Assembly: GCF_001194135.2 (NCBI RefSeq)
Contig: NC_068990.1
Location: 72,799,465 to 72,863,464, forward strand
Direction: 5' to 3'
DNA length: 64,000 bases
Source: Octopus bimaculoides
Taxonomy: Eukaryota
A program made the translations under genes and the position numbers. Below, one piece after another: positions 25,330 through 38,472 of this stretch. Under the pieces are notes generated by a model. That model was not told where the DNA came from. It did no database searches and saw only the letters and a program-made list of their open reading frames with translations. The first letter of the stretch is position 1. Each line of letters opens with the position of its first letter.

Positions 25330-27060
25330 TGGGTACTGCAGGTCTAATTTACAGTTATTCCATAGAGAATTAGCAGAAGGAGAAGGCAGAGGAGCTGAAC
25401 ACATACAACAGATGCAATTAATAAAGAAGAAAGAAACGAAGAGGAGGAGAGTGATGATGAAGAAAGTAGAGAAAGATAGAAACCAGATAGCAAAAGTAAA
25501 AATAAAAAATAAAAAAGATACACACACACACACCTAGAAAAATAAGAGAAAGCAAAGGAGAAAAAATAAACAAAAAAGGAGTGAAGAAATTAGGATAAGA
25601 AAGAATAAGTTGAAAGAAAAAGAGAACGGGTAACAATAATGAAGAATAATGCATAAAGAATAATGAAATAGACTTATGAGATATGAAAAAAATAAGGAAG
25701 TGAGAAGAAATAACATAGAAAGAAAGAAAATCAAGAAAAAATATAGAAAAAGGAAAATAAACAAGCAACTAGAAGGGGGAAAGAATGAAATGAAATGAAA
25801 AAAATATCAATAACGATTTCTTTTGATTAGGCAAAAGGTTAATTACACAGTTCAATAAATTATGACCACCCTAGAGTAGTACCGAGGTGAGCAGGGAGGA
25901 GAATGAAGATTAGGAAAAAGATGGAAGAAAAAAAAGAAAGAAAAAAAAGAATGAATAGATATAAACTATTAGAAAAAAAAAATAGCTCAATAAAGAGGGA
26001 AAATGGAAAATAAAAAGGCAGCAGAAAAATTAAGTAAAATCAGGCAACTCTCTATGCAACCATGTGGTCTTGGGTTCAGTCCCACTACATGGCACCTTGA
26101 GCAAGTGTCTTTTACTATAACTCCAGATTGGCCAATGCTTTGTGAATGAAACTGTATGGAAGCCCATCATATATGTATGTGTGTGCTAGTGTGTATCTTT
26201 GATTTTGTGTGTCCACCCCCAACACGTAACAACCAGTGTTGGTTTGTTTACATCGCCATAACTCAGTGGTTCAGCAAATGATAAAGATAGAATAAGCAAC
26301 AGACTTCAAAAGAAAATAAGTACTGGGGAGAGTGATTTTTTTAGACTAGACAATTTAAGTGAGTGCTCCAGCATGGCTGCAGGCCAATGACTAAAACAAA
26401 TTAAAGATAAAAGAAGAAAAAAAAAAGGGTAAGCAGAACAATGAAGAATGAAAAAAATGAAAAAAGAAAATAAGGAATGAAAACAGGAGAAAAGGAGATG
26501 AAAGAACAGTGAATGAAAGAAAAAAATAATGTATGGAAGACTGAAGAAAGGAATAAAAGATGGAATGAAGAAAAATAAGAAAGAAATGAAAAAGCAGGAA
26601 ATGGAATGAAAGAATGTGAAGGAGAGAAAGTGGACAAAGATTAGAGAGGAGAAAAAAAAAGAAACAGAACAAAAAAAAATGAAACAGAAAGTAGAGAAAG
26701 GAAGGAGGGGAAGTGGACAAGATTAAAAGAGAAAAAAAACAAATTAGAAAATGAAATAAAATACAAAAATAATGAAATGAAAGGAAGAAGAAAGGTAAAG
26801 AAAAAAAAGAAGCAATAAAAAAAATTGAAAAAAATTAAGACAATGACAAAGAATGGAAGAAAAATGAAAACAGAAAAAGACAAGAAGAAAGAAGAAGCAA
26901 GAAAGATGAAGGTGGGAGGGAAGAAATGCAAGAAGATAAAAGAAAGAGAAAAACAGAAGGAAGTCAAAAGAATTAGCAATGAAGAGGAGGCAGAGGGGAA
27001 GAGGGGAAATGATAAAGGTAAAGAGACAAAACTATCATTGAGGAGAAACATTTTGCAGGA
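25330..27060. repeat. GA-rich low-complexity tract with an embedded SINE A (26043-26410)
   Basis: Strongly purine-skewed on +. Source of the poly-K/E and poly-F/L/S ORFs. Confidence 0.9.
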
Positions 27061-28653
27061 ATATATAATTAACAATCATGTCTTAGTGTTTTAGAGATAA
27101 AACCCTTAAAGTACTTTTATGGAATATATTGCTATTTAACAACAACAACAACAATAGCAATAATGATAATAAAATAACAAAAATAATAATAATTCTTTTT
27201 CTTCTTTTTAATATAATAAACAAAAGAAAACAAAAGGGAGAGAAGTGGAATCAATTAAAGAAAAGATTATTTTTGATTTCATGATATTTATAATAACATC
27301 ATCATCATCCCGCATATGGTGGAGTTGAAAGAAAAGTAAATAAAAATGCTCTCTCTCTCTCTCTATCTATCTACCTATCTATCTACACAATGAAAATAAG
27401 GGAAGAAGAAAGGAACATAGCAGAGGAGTGCATATGAAAGCTATTTATGCAATCTTTAAAATAACAATTTTTCTGAGAACTATAAATATTTCTGAATGCT
27501 GACTTCTTGAAAAATTTCTATTTCACCAATTCCATAAATATTTATCAATCACAATTGGTCCTATAGTCTGGTAGAAATAACTGCTCTGTTGAACTGCAGG
27601 TCACTGAACTATTAATAGGTTATCATCTTCACAGTAGCCAGACAGAAAGATCAGTGGACATTCCAAGTGTAGAGAGAAAATGACCCAATTCTGAATGACA
27701 AAAGCTATTTCTAGGCAAAAGATAGCTATACTGATTGATGCCAGACTATAATATAAGCTAAAACCAATACTCGCGCTGTAATGATCATCTTGAAAAATAT
27801 TTGGTGATTGGAAAAATGACTTCAGTATAATACTGTTATTTTGTTAATTAGTCCATTAGTTATAATGGAGAAATTAAAGCTTGAAAGTGCAATACTCTAT
27901 TTTTGGTACAATAATTAGGTGCAGAGAAAGAGAGAGGGTGGGGATAAATAGAGTCAATGAAAGAAAGCGAAAAATAAACATGTCAAAGAAATGAGAGAGG
28001 GAAATAGAGGATAGATATAGAAAGGAAGTGACAACATAACAGAGGTGGGGGTGGGGAGTTTAATGTTCTATAATTAAGATTTTATTCTAAAAGTGACATT
28101 GAATTATTCTTATAGATAATAATACTGTTGATAAATATTATTCATAGTTGAAGATTATCAAAGTAAAGAGGATATAAATCAAAATTTAAATAAGCTGTAT
28201 TATTTGGAAACAAGATCTAATTTATGAACCACTGGGCCTGCTTGTCCCAGGGAATATCAAACCAGATTGAAATGCCTGCTATTTCATCTTCTTGCGGTAG
28301 GTGACAACTGTTGATAAAAAAAAAAAAAGAAAACATCTATTTTCAATGCCTGTTCCAGAGGGTTCTTGGGATGTCATAGTTAACAGTAAATGGGTATCAT
28401 TCACTAGAACTATGTGTGAATTTCTGCAAGGATTTCTTAAAAACTGAGCTGGCATATTTCATTCTTTGACAGACAGGCTTGACACTGTGAGTGAGATGTA
28501 GTCCTAGATGTAGCACAGCTGAGGAAAAAAAGAATATTGAACTTACAGTGCGGACCCAAATGCACACAACTCAGTTGTATTATAATGAAGTAGTTTATCG
28601 CATAAGCAACAGAATACTGGAGTATATTCTGAGCATTGGCGAGAACGCTTTAA

Positions 28654-28873
28654 CCCTTTAGTATTTAAACTAGCCATATTTAGCCTTAATATCTGACTTG
28701 TTTTGTGTCCAAACTGATCAGATTTAGCCTATCACACTTCACCTACAATGTCATTCTAAAAATAAACAGTCACATCATTTAAATCTCAAAGCTATGGGAT
28801 AATGCATGATTAATTCAAAACAATGTGAATAAATAAGCAATACATTAGACAGAATAATCTGAATGCTAAAAGG
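28654..28873 (+). mobile_element. piggyBac-type MITE
   Basis: TTAA at 28650-28653 and 28874-28877, TIR CCCTTTAGTATT. Confidence 0.8.
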
Positions 28874-29064
28874 TTAAGCATTTTTTTTTTTTTTGTGGAA
28901 GCTTTCCTGATTAGTGATTATAAATAGTTTTTGAAAGTCTTAAGACAGACTTGCCAATGTAAATGGGAGGCACTGCCAGTTTGGGATAAATTCTACAGTC
29001 ACAGTAGTCCAATCAGCTAGATGTGTCCAACAACATAAGGAAGAGTTACAAAACCATACACTAT

Positions 29065-29485
29065 ACAAACATTTTGCTTGACTATCTGACATGTTGTTGC
29101 ACTATGAACACTACATTGAGACACTTAAAATGCTTAGAGAGGTCATTTGGATGAAGAGGTTGAACAAGAATCCGAAGACAATAGTCCACTTTCACTGTAA
29201 CAAGGCATGGCTGCACAACATCTTTGGCAACAAACCAGGCAAATTGGTCAAATGTCCCCAGATACTGTACAGCCTGGATCCAATGCCCTTTGACTTCTGC
29301 CAGCTTGCTCTAATGAAAGACAGTCATCAGAGACAATGATTTGGTGATACAAATGAGATGAAAGTAGTGGTGAAAAGGTGAGTGTAACAGTGCACGCCTG
29401 AATTTTTTTTTCAAAGAGGATTCAAGAGTTAGATTCAGTGATGCTAAAAATGCATCACTAGTGATGGAGACTACACTGAGTACTA
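29065..29485 (+). pseudogene. mariner (DD34D-type) transposase C-terminal fossil
   Basis: ILLDYL; YIETLKMLRE; HFHCNKAWLH (HHDNARPH); YSLDPMPFDF (YSPDLAPSDF); KCITSDGDYTE (KCI..DGDYVE). Stops and frameshifts are present. Confidence 0.8.
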
Positions 29486-29598
29486 CCTTTGCATCAGAGC
29501 AAGAGTTACTCTATCAAATGTGCAATTTGAATGACCTATGTCAGTTTATAAAAGCTTATTAAGAACAACTCTTGTGTGTATGTATGTGTCTGTATATA

Positions 29599-29632
<34 letters not shown>

Positions 29633-29844
29633 CACATATACCAAGAGAAAGAAAGAGAGAGACACACACATGCATGCACACACATGCACAACCAGACCAC
29701 AGTTACCACTTGCAAAGCAAGTATCACTTAGTAGCATGTACTGTGTTTTTAGTAATAGTTTTAGATGCTCAAGTAGTTGTGAGCATGCATAGTAACATCT
29801 CAGCCATCCAATCCTGGGCCCATTGGAACAACTAGGATGTAACA

Positions 29845-29985
29845 GCCAAGTACACTGGAGTAGCTTGAAATGAAGTGCATCACTCAAGGACACAACCCAA
29901 TCTGAGATTCAAGGACACAACCCAATCTGAGATTCAAGCACACAACTACTTCATCATGAGTCCAATATAGTATTTACTATGCCAC
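29845..29985 (-). mobile_element. SINE family C fragment with a 25-bp tandem duplication
   Basis: tcaaggacacaacccaatctgagat x2 at 29884-29933. Confidence 0.6.
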
Positions 29986-30825
29986 AATATATATGTGTAT
30001 GTATGTATATACAAAATATGTATGTATATACACAAACACAGACACATTTATAGCTGAGTATTTCATTTTTACATTAACAACTATTAGTTTCACCATAATG
30101 AAACTCTTAAAGTAATGTCAGCATAATGTGTAATATTTCACCTTCATTTAGTGATTCTTGAAAAAAATACAATAAAAGCAACTATCGTGTCTCAAAAGTA
30201 ATTTATTTGATTTGTAGGATGAGTGTTTTCATTGGCTGTTCCAGCTGCAGGGATTCTGTGTCTAGCTCTTCGTTTAATTCATTTAATGCATGTGAAGGTG
30301 TGTATCTGTGTCAATATATTTGTTGAAGTAGCTCAGTGGTGGTTAATTTGTGAATTTATTTAAGAAATGAAATATAAATTTATCTTTTCTTTTGTGGGTT
30401 TTTAAAAGCAAGTTATTTTAGAGGGAATAAATAATCCAATTTATTGAATAACTGCATGCTCGTGTATTTGAGAGGCATCAGAAGATTATTCTGAAGTTAT
30501 TAGCATTTAAAGCATGAAATATTATTTAAAGAGGAAAGAAAAAATGCCAGGTTTTGTTCAAATTTCATGTGACTGATGTTGATAAACCATTAGGATATTT
30601 ACGATGATGTTTGTGCATGAGAGGGAGTGAAAAATTAATTCCATGTGTGTAGCTTATAACTTTATTTTGTGTTCCTGGGAAGGACGCTTTTGAAGGTATA
30701 AGAGCTTCAAAGAGCATCTGATCCTACAAGCTCGTGTTTTACTTAAGAATCACTATTTAATAATATTGAATACATTGTTGTTTTTCACAAGCCAAGTATG
30801 CATTGTTAATATGGTATCCATTTTA

Positions 30826-31891
30826 CTTAACAGCATTCTAAATGTAACATTATGTTGATAGAGTCTGTTCTTAGATTGCTTACCAGTCATTCCTAGCAAT
30901 GTTAGATATAGCAATGGATGCATATATAACTGTTTTTTTCTCCAAGGCAGTTATAATGGACTGGGCAAATGTTTTAAAAGTGATAATAACATTTCTATAG
31001 TCTGGTAATTCAGATTAGTCATTATCTTTTCAATTAATAATAGATACAAGGATGTTTGCAAATATTTTTTTTAATATGGACTATCTTATTTTGAGTGAGA
31101 TGGTGTCAGAAAATTTCCTACACTTATCATCCAGGGAAACATATGTTGTTTCAAGATGGTAAGAAGTTTTGCATTTATTGAACATGGTATACAAAACCAT
31201 GTAGTGTCTGTATTGCAATTTTTCCAGTCATATTCATACCTGACAACACACAATGGCACAGAAACATGTGTTCTGTGTTCCAGTGGCATCATTTATAGCC
31301 CGATATGCTTTTACACATTATTTTCTGCGAGAAGGATTTTCTCCAGGACTAGTTCCAGAACGAAAGGTCTCCCCAAGTCTGACCATACATGACCATGTTA
31401 AATATGGTTGTATGTGATTGTACCTTATTCAAAACTACTTCATGCAGCTCAAGTTATTTAACTCCAGCATGGTCAAGCTTTACACATATCAGTAAATTTA
31501 CTATTTACTGTTCTTATAAATAAGAACTATCTTTCTTATAGACCTGTGAAAGGCAAATTTTGTATTCATAGCTGATGTCATACACTGACACTGAAACATC
31601 TGTGACCGACGATCTAATGATATCGTTCATGGCCTGTGTTTACACACATTTTGTCAGTGAGGAGATTTTTCTCCCAGGTTATTTCGACAGTGAAAGCTCT
31701 CCCTACATCTGAGCTCACAAGAACGTGGTAAATATTGTTGCACATGATGACAGACATTATGTTGCCATATGAGTTTTCTCCCCTCTAGTTGTTGTACAAG
31801 TTTTCTCCCCTGTCACTGCAGGCGCATTGTGTTGCATCAAGAGGGGAGAAAACTTGTACAACCACATTATTCACCTACAGTGTGCTAAAGG
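30826..31891 (-). mobile_element. piggyBac deletion derivative (TIR end plus cysteine-rich C-terminal remnant)
   Basis: TTAA|CCTTTAGCA end at 31891-31895 and subterminal palindromic repeats. Minus frame CVV...DTTWFCIPCS resembles the piggyBac CRD (RRC..C...TT..C..C). A possible decayed far end (agaatgctgttaa) lies near 30826. Confidence 0.5.
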
Positions 31892-32696
31892 TTAATAAGG
31901 AATTATGTTTGGAATAGCTTGGAACACTACCACTGTTGGTGTTGTTTTGCTTCTATAGATCTTTTGGCAAACAATTATTTTTCCGAAAACTCAGAATAAT
32001 TTAACAACGGGCATGCATAAAAGCTATTGTGTATTTATACAAAGAAATTTCTGAGTATATATAATGATGTCCTGACCAATTGGAACATCTTTGCATGCAA
32101 AAAAAAAGATAAATAAATAAAAGTTTTGTGTATATAAATATTTAATAGTCATAATGCTTAAACATAGTTACAAATATTTTAGATTTTCTAAAAAATAATT
32201 TAACTAGCTGATGGCAGTTGATAAATATAAATCTGCTAAGATCCAAGGATTTATAAACACACACACACATTTTTAGGAAGATGGTCAGGCCACTTAAAAT
32301 AAAGAACTCAAAGATGGAAGTCCATAAATGGTGAATTCAACAAAATATCTTCTATTGCAACGGTAGCTAGTTATCAGGAAAGAGGAGCCTACAGGCAAAA
32401 CAAGATGTATTTTGCTGGACTCACAGTTATGGATTAAACATGTAGATACAGACACACACCATGCACACATGCACAGGCACACACATATATACACACATAC
32501 ACACACACCACACGTAACTGATGTTGCTTACATGAAACGAGGCAAGCAATGCATGCCTACAATATATAAATGAAAGCAAATACATTCTAGTTTAATATAC
32601 ATTGTTCATATTTATGAAAGACAGCTGGAAAGAAGGTACATATGTGCTATACATGTGTGCGCATATGTGTGTGTGTGTATGGTGGAGTGCATACAT

Positions 32697-32850
32697 GTGA
32701 AGCATTATGGTCAAGTAGTTAGTGTGTTGTGCTCTCAATAGTAAAATTAAGGAGTCTTATGCCTGAACTGAGCAGTGCATTGTGTCCTCAAGCAAGGCAC
32801 TTCATTTCACGCTGCTTCAGTACATGCAGCTAAAAAAACAGGTTCTATCT
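32697..32850 (+). mobile_element. SINE family C, diverged
   Basis: 'cattgtgtcctcaagcaaggcacttcatttcacgctgcttcagtacatgcagct'. Confidence 0.6.
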
Positions 32851-32977
32851 TATTGCTGGAGCATGCATAGGGGAGTTGAGAGACTGTCGGAGTCAGCTTG
32901 TCACACCAAGGTCACTTAAAACATTTAATGAAAGCACAGCACAGGCTACCAAGCCATACTTACTTGCAAATTATGAT

Positions 32978-33011
<34 letters not shown>

Positions 33012-33025
33012 TGTGCGTGTATATA

Positions 33026-33085
33026 CAAGATAATTACAATGAATATACAAATTAGTACGTCTGCATATTCATTGTAATTATCTTG
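33026..33085. repeat. Perfect 21-bp inverted repeat, 18-nt loop
   Basis: caagataattacaatgaatat (33026-33046) and atattcattgtaattatcttg (33065-33085). Confidence 0.95.
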
Positions 33086-33168
33086 GATTTCACCCTGCAA
33101 AATATTCTTAATCCAGAGAAGAGAACCTAGGATTTGTCCATTGGATGAATTACACTGGGATCGCTCAC

Positions 33169-33247
33169 CTTAACCAATCCTAGGTGCTTCTTACAAATTG
33201 ATGCAGTTAAGCTTAACTCAGATTTTAACTGAGTGCTCATACAGTAC
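33169..33247 (-). CDS. Candidate exon E (79 nt)
   Basis: Acceptor aaatttttcatgtag, donor aag|gtgagc. The only open frame is YCMSTQLKSELSLTASICKKHLGLVK (phase 2 to 0). Confidence 0.3.
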
Positions 33248-33273
33248 CTACATGAAAAATTTATCCCTATGTA

Positions 33274-33312
<39 letters not shown>

Positions 33313-34619
33313 CATACATAGATACATACAAATATATTTTTGTGCATATAAAGACATGTGTGTATACACACACACATATACACACCTCCACACATATATG
33401 AATGCATATGTGTATACATGCATAAATGTGTGTGTGTGTGTGGTAAGTGTATCCATCACTATGCATCACCAAATGTTTCTCTGGCATAAAATAAATAAAT
33501 CACTATTGGAGATGATTGCTAAATATATTTGAATACTTATCCAGCTTTGCTTTTCTGCATGCATATAACTTAATATCAACACAAGAAGTAAACTAACTAC
33601 TGAGTTTCAGGCAAAAATGTGTCTTTAAATTATTTATCTTCTATATATTTCCATTTCCTCTTTTAGACAATATATATCCTTATGTATCTTATTTAATCGT
33701 GCTTCTGTCACTAAATAAAATACACGTCAAGAATTATTTCCCAGACTTAATACTGGTTTTACTACTGTGCATTATTATTTTGGTAAGTATCCTTCAAACT
33801 ACTGAGGTCTGTGTTCCAGAAAAATCATGCTCTAATATGGAGTTCCTTAATGCAAAACACATTTTCCCATTTATTCCATGTTCATTGTTTTCCATCTTAC
33901 AAGACATCAATAATGGAAAACTAAGTTTTGCATTGTGGACCTCCATATTACAGCAAGATTTTCAGGAGTACAATACTTTTAGAATGTGGAGACATGGGAA
34001 AGAGTCCTTGTAGCTAGCATCATTTTCTTTTTCTTAATGCAAACAGCTAACATTAGGATAATTATTGTCAAGTGAAAAAGGCGGGATTAATTTGGTGTAG
34101 TTGATGTCTAAGGTTGATTTTTAAAAATTTGTTGAAGGAAACATGTTGAGACTCATATATATTTAGAATGCAGCCAAAGCTATTTACTTAAGAAATTCAC
34201 TTCAAAACCACATCATTCCAGATTCAATTCCTCACATCAGCTCCTTGGAAAAGTATTTACAACTATAGCCCTGAGTAGATCAAAGCATTGAGACTGAAAC
34301 CATGCAAATCTGAGGTGGGGAGGGGGTTATGTGCATAGATTACTTAATGGACAGAGGAACAGATATCAAACCAAGAAGTCATCACTTCATGCTTCATTTC
34401 TGACACTACACTCATGTAAAGAAAATAAATTGAGCCCCAGGGGAAAATAATGATAAACAACCTCTGTAAATGCCATGAAATTGCTCTGCACATGCAGGTT
34501 CCACAGGGCCAACAGAAGTCAGACATGACTTGAAGCATTTGTACACATTTAGAAAGCAAATATAAGATAGGATCTACCAGGTCAAGTCAGTGAATGAAAG
34601 ATTCAGAAGGAGCAGTAGT

Positions 34620-35095
34620 ATCAACTGGAAAGAAGTAATTGTTGGTAAAGGTGAAACCAAGCATGTCATTGTAACAATATCTCACAGCCAGGAGAAAGAT
34701 GTTGGACATAATTATAAACCTTGAAGCACACAACACTTGTTACAATCTAGGAAAGAAAGAACCAATCAGCACATGTTGCAACGGTGCTATTTCACAGGAA
34801 ATATTCAATGCAAGAGATGAGAGATAGCTAAAGCCCATAGGTGGGCAGCTCAGTTGTGAGATTTTCTTGCTTGACATGGTTGGGTATTCCAATGTCCGAT
34901 GCAACAAAAATGCATTTATCAAACAACTAAAGGGTAAAGGAAAACTGCTGAATGATTTAAGAAAACAGGCTTTCCATAGATTTGGATCTACAGAAGTCAT
35001 ATTGATGATCAAAAAGCAAGGAGAGAAGGTGGGACTGAAACTGTTGTAAATGGTTACGGACTGCTTCCATGACCCTTTGAACTGTTGGAAGTAAG
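34620..35095 (+). pseudogene. Probable RTE-like LINE ORF2 fossil (endonuclease-RT linker)
   Basis: KQLKGKGKLL.D...STEVILMIKK...GEKVGLKLL*MVTDCFHDP..W loosely follows the RTE linker and RT entry. Many stops. Confidence 0.3.
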
Positions 35096-35817
35096 AGCAT
35101 TAGAACAGATAGTCTTCTCTCTCTCTCTCTCTNNNNNNNNNNATACAGAGAGAGAGGGGGAGGGGGAGAGAGAGAACAATTGAAGTGTTTGGCAAAGAAA
35201 GACACTGGTTTCTGTGTGCAACAATGACATAATAAACATTTTCTTAAAAAAGGAAAATCATGAACATTGGTGAGGACATTGTTAAAAAGAAATATGGGAG
35301 TTTGAATTGAAAGAAAAATCAAACTGAACAAGATTTGAAAACAGAATGCAAATGGGGCACTAGTGTGACAATATCATTTCATCTAATCACTCAATGATAA
35401 TAATATTAATAACAGCAGTGGCAATGATAGCAACGACAAAAACAACAATAACAATAATAATAATAATAAATACTAAGAAGGAGAGAGAGAGAGAGAGAGA
35501 GAAACATTGAAGCCATATTGCTAAAATATTTAAAGGAAAATGACACTTGAGGATGAGATAATATTTTGTCACTCAAATATGATATTTATTATTAAATTTT
35601 TCTTTTCTTCTTTTTTTTTAATACCTTCCTCTCACAATATAGCATAGAATACTTACAACTAATATCAGTTTGGAATGAAATGCAGAAGAAGAAAAAAAAT
35701 GTGCTTTTAAATCCAGAGCAAAAATAAAAACTTTGTTGGCTGTTCAAGGAGTTTGCAATGATTAGAACTGAAACATCATTTGAAGATGAAACTAGTAAAT
35801 TAGGATAACCAAATACA

Positions 35818-36196
35818 GTCGATTCTCAATTTAAACTAGGTTCCAGTGGGGAAACATGGTCACAAAGAGAGGAGTTAATTTGGGATGGCAAAAATGGTGC
35901 AACGTCCAAAGTTGATTCTCAATTTAAACTAGGTTCCAGTGGGGAAACATGGTCACAAAGAGAGGAGTTAATTTGGGATTGCAAAAATGGTGCAAAGTCC
36001 AAAGTCGATTCTCAATTTAAACTAGGTTCCAGTGGGGAAACATGNNNNNNNNNNGTCACAAAGAGAGGAGTTAATTTGGGATTGCAAAAATGGTGCAAAG
36101 TCCAAAGTCGATTCTCAATTTAAACTAGGTTCCAGTGGGGAAACATGGTCACAAAGAGAGGAGTTAATTTGGGATGGCAAAAATGGCGCAAAGTCC
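35818..36196 (+). repeat. 93-bp minisatellite, at least 4 units (true number hidden by a 10-N gap)
   Basis: Units start at 35818, 35911, 36004 and 36107. Each encodes VDSQFKLGSSGETWSQREELIWD(G/C)KNGA(K/T)SK; the other five frames contain stops. Confidence 0.95.
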
Positions 36197-36389
36197 AGCA
36201 AGGACATGAGAAGAGAAAATTGATACAATGATAGGACAGACGAGCAATAACTTACTTTATGACATAACTGATGAGAAAAAGGTACATAAGGCTTTGGAGA
36301 TCATAATCTTAGTAAAATAGCAATTTTTGTACATACTTCAACATCTGACTTAAAACTATCCCAATTTTTCACCAAATATCTTGGGCAAA

Positions 36390-36600
36390 ATATTGGTATC
36401 AAAATTTGGAACAAGTCCAGCAATTTCAGGGAGGGAGTAAGACAATTACATCAGCCCCACTCCTCAACTGATACTTATTTTATTAACTCTGAAAGGATGA
36501 ACAGCAAAGTGGATCTTGGAAAAATTTGAACTCAGAACATAAAGACAAGACAAATTGTTGTAAAGCATTTTGCCCAGTGTGCTAACAATTTGGCCATCTC
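36390..36600 (-). mobile_element. SINE family B, diverged
   Basis: 'atacttattttattaactctgaaaggatgaacagcaaagtggatcttggaaaaatttgaactcagaac'. Confidence 0.7.
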
Positions 36601-38443
36601 ATTTTGAAACATGTGAAGGTTGTTGACAAGAAGAGCATCCAGCCACATAAGTGTCTGCTCCAACATACTCTCATCTAACCCATGCAAACATGGAACAGAA
36701 GACATTATGATGATGGTGGTAGTAATGATGATGATTTGTAGTTGTTAATTACTACTTTTAGTACAAACTATCCTACACTGACAATTTTTTATATTTTGGC
36801 ATCTGAAGCAGCTGGAGAAATGATAGTTTGACCAAAAGAACTGGCTATTCCAAGCAAAAATAAATATTTAAAAAATTGCATTTGGCCAAATTTGGACATA
36901 TGACAGTTTAGCATAATAGCAATGGTTTGTAGAAGAAAGTAGCAGGGATCATGTAAGATGGTCATTTAAATCAAGAAATGCTTTGGTGTGAATCTGAACC
37001 ATTTTCCATTCAAATAACCAGCCAGTGCATGTGTGCGTGTGTTTGTGTGCAGTGATGGTGATGTAAGAAAACGAGTATTAGAAGACTTTAAAGTGCTCAT
37101 GGAACATAGCTGCAACAGAACTAAATGGCTGTGATCAGGAATGAACTAAGTGGAAACCAACCTATGTGTATGCCAGTGGCTAAAATTAAGGTAGACAAAT
37201 ATACATAGTTTCTGCATTTGTCATCCATTTACATTTCAAAGATTGAGATAGGCTGTGCATGCTGGATAATTTTCTGATTAAAATTACTCTCACACAGAAT
37301 CAACTCCAATTGCTAAGTAAAGTTCGTAAATAGATCGCTTACTTCTATATCTACACACTATTAATATTCCAGTAATATCCAAATATATAAATACGATTAA
37401 AATTATATTTCTGTTCTAAAAATGTTCTTTGCAGCAGAGTAAGACAAAACAAGAATGTTAAAGAAAAATTAAAAATTTTTTCTCTCTTTTCAGCCATGGG
37501 CATTAACAAAATCAAAGCTTGGTCAGTGTGCTTGACAACATAGTCAGACAGAATGTGAAAGAGCAGAGACTGTTATAACTCTGAATGTAGAATGCTACAT
37601 CAGGTAGGCAGCCAGTGAGTCAAAATCTTCAAACGCTTTGCAGAGTCTAGCTGTGCAGTAAAGTTTTAATTATAGTAGTAGGTAAGTTGTTCATACAGTA
37701 TAATTGGTGTTAGTAGTGGTATCACAATACCAGGTGTATAACAAGTGGTTTGCACAAAGGGAAACCAAAAGATATAATAGTGAAAATAGTATGGGAAATG
37801 TGAGCAATCGAGAATGAGATGAACATACTTTATTTGTAAGAGGGCTAGAAAATATAGGAATTAGAAATAGTGAATATTGTTTAAGAGAGGTAAATACACT
37901 ATACCTTAGATAATGTGATACTTATGATTGACATAAACACTACAAATGGTATGAGATAGCAATAAAAAAAATAAAAATTTAATACAATTAAGGCTACAGA
38001 AGAGAAGTTAAAATTATCAAATCCCATTCAATTTTAATTTTGTGAAAATGGTAAAAGAAATATAAAAATATGAAACATGATATATCACACACACACAGAT
38101 ATGTAAAACACACGCAAATGAGGGTTAAAGAAGAGAACATTTAAAAATGAACTTTACAGAATATAGCTGTTTTGATTAAATATCATATATGAGATAGTTC
38201 ACTTACTGGAAGTTGCTAAAATTAAGTGAAAGATAACTTGTGATCTTTCTCTTTGTAAGATTCTTAAGCAGGCAAAACACTCAAAAGGCGTTCTCTGTGA
38301 TGATTACCATGTAGATTTAATAGGTAATTTGACTGTTTTACCTTCTCGTTTCAAAGGTCCCCAAAGTCAGAATGTTCTTTGGTAGAGAATTAGAGCAAGA
38401 TCAAAACAATTCCTCTTCGTGTGAGCATCTTCGAAAAGTGAAA

Positions 38444-38472
38444 ACTTACCTGAAAGTAAATAGAAACAACCA
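38444..38472 (-). promoter_or_regulatory. Candidate recursive splice site (3'ss fused to 5'ss)
   Basis: Minus strand gttgtttctatttactttCAG|GTAAGT, junction at 38450/38449. A branch-like ttctcac lies just upstream. Confidence 0.4.

Noticed and set aside
28540-28620. Possible Gypsy LTR edge (ggacccaaatgca...)
   Set aside because: Too short, with no partner LTR, PBS or TSD, and interrupted by a MITE.
35818-36196. CRISPR-like interpretation of the 93-bp and 26-bp arrays
   Set aside because: No unique spacers, eukaryotic context and no cas genes.
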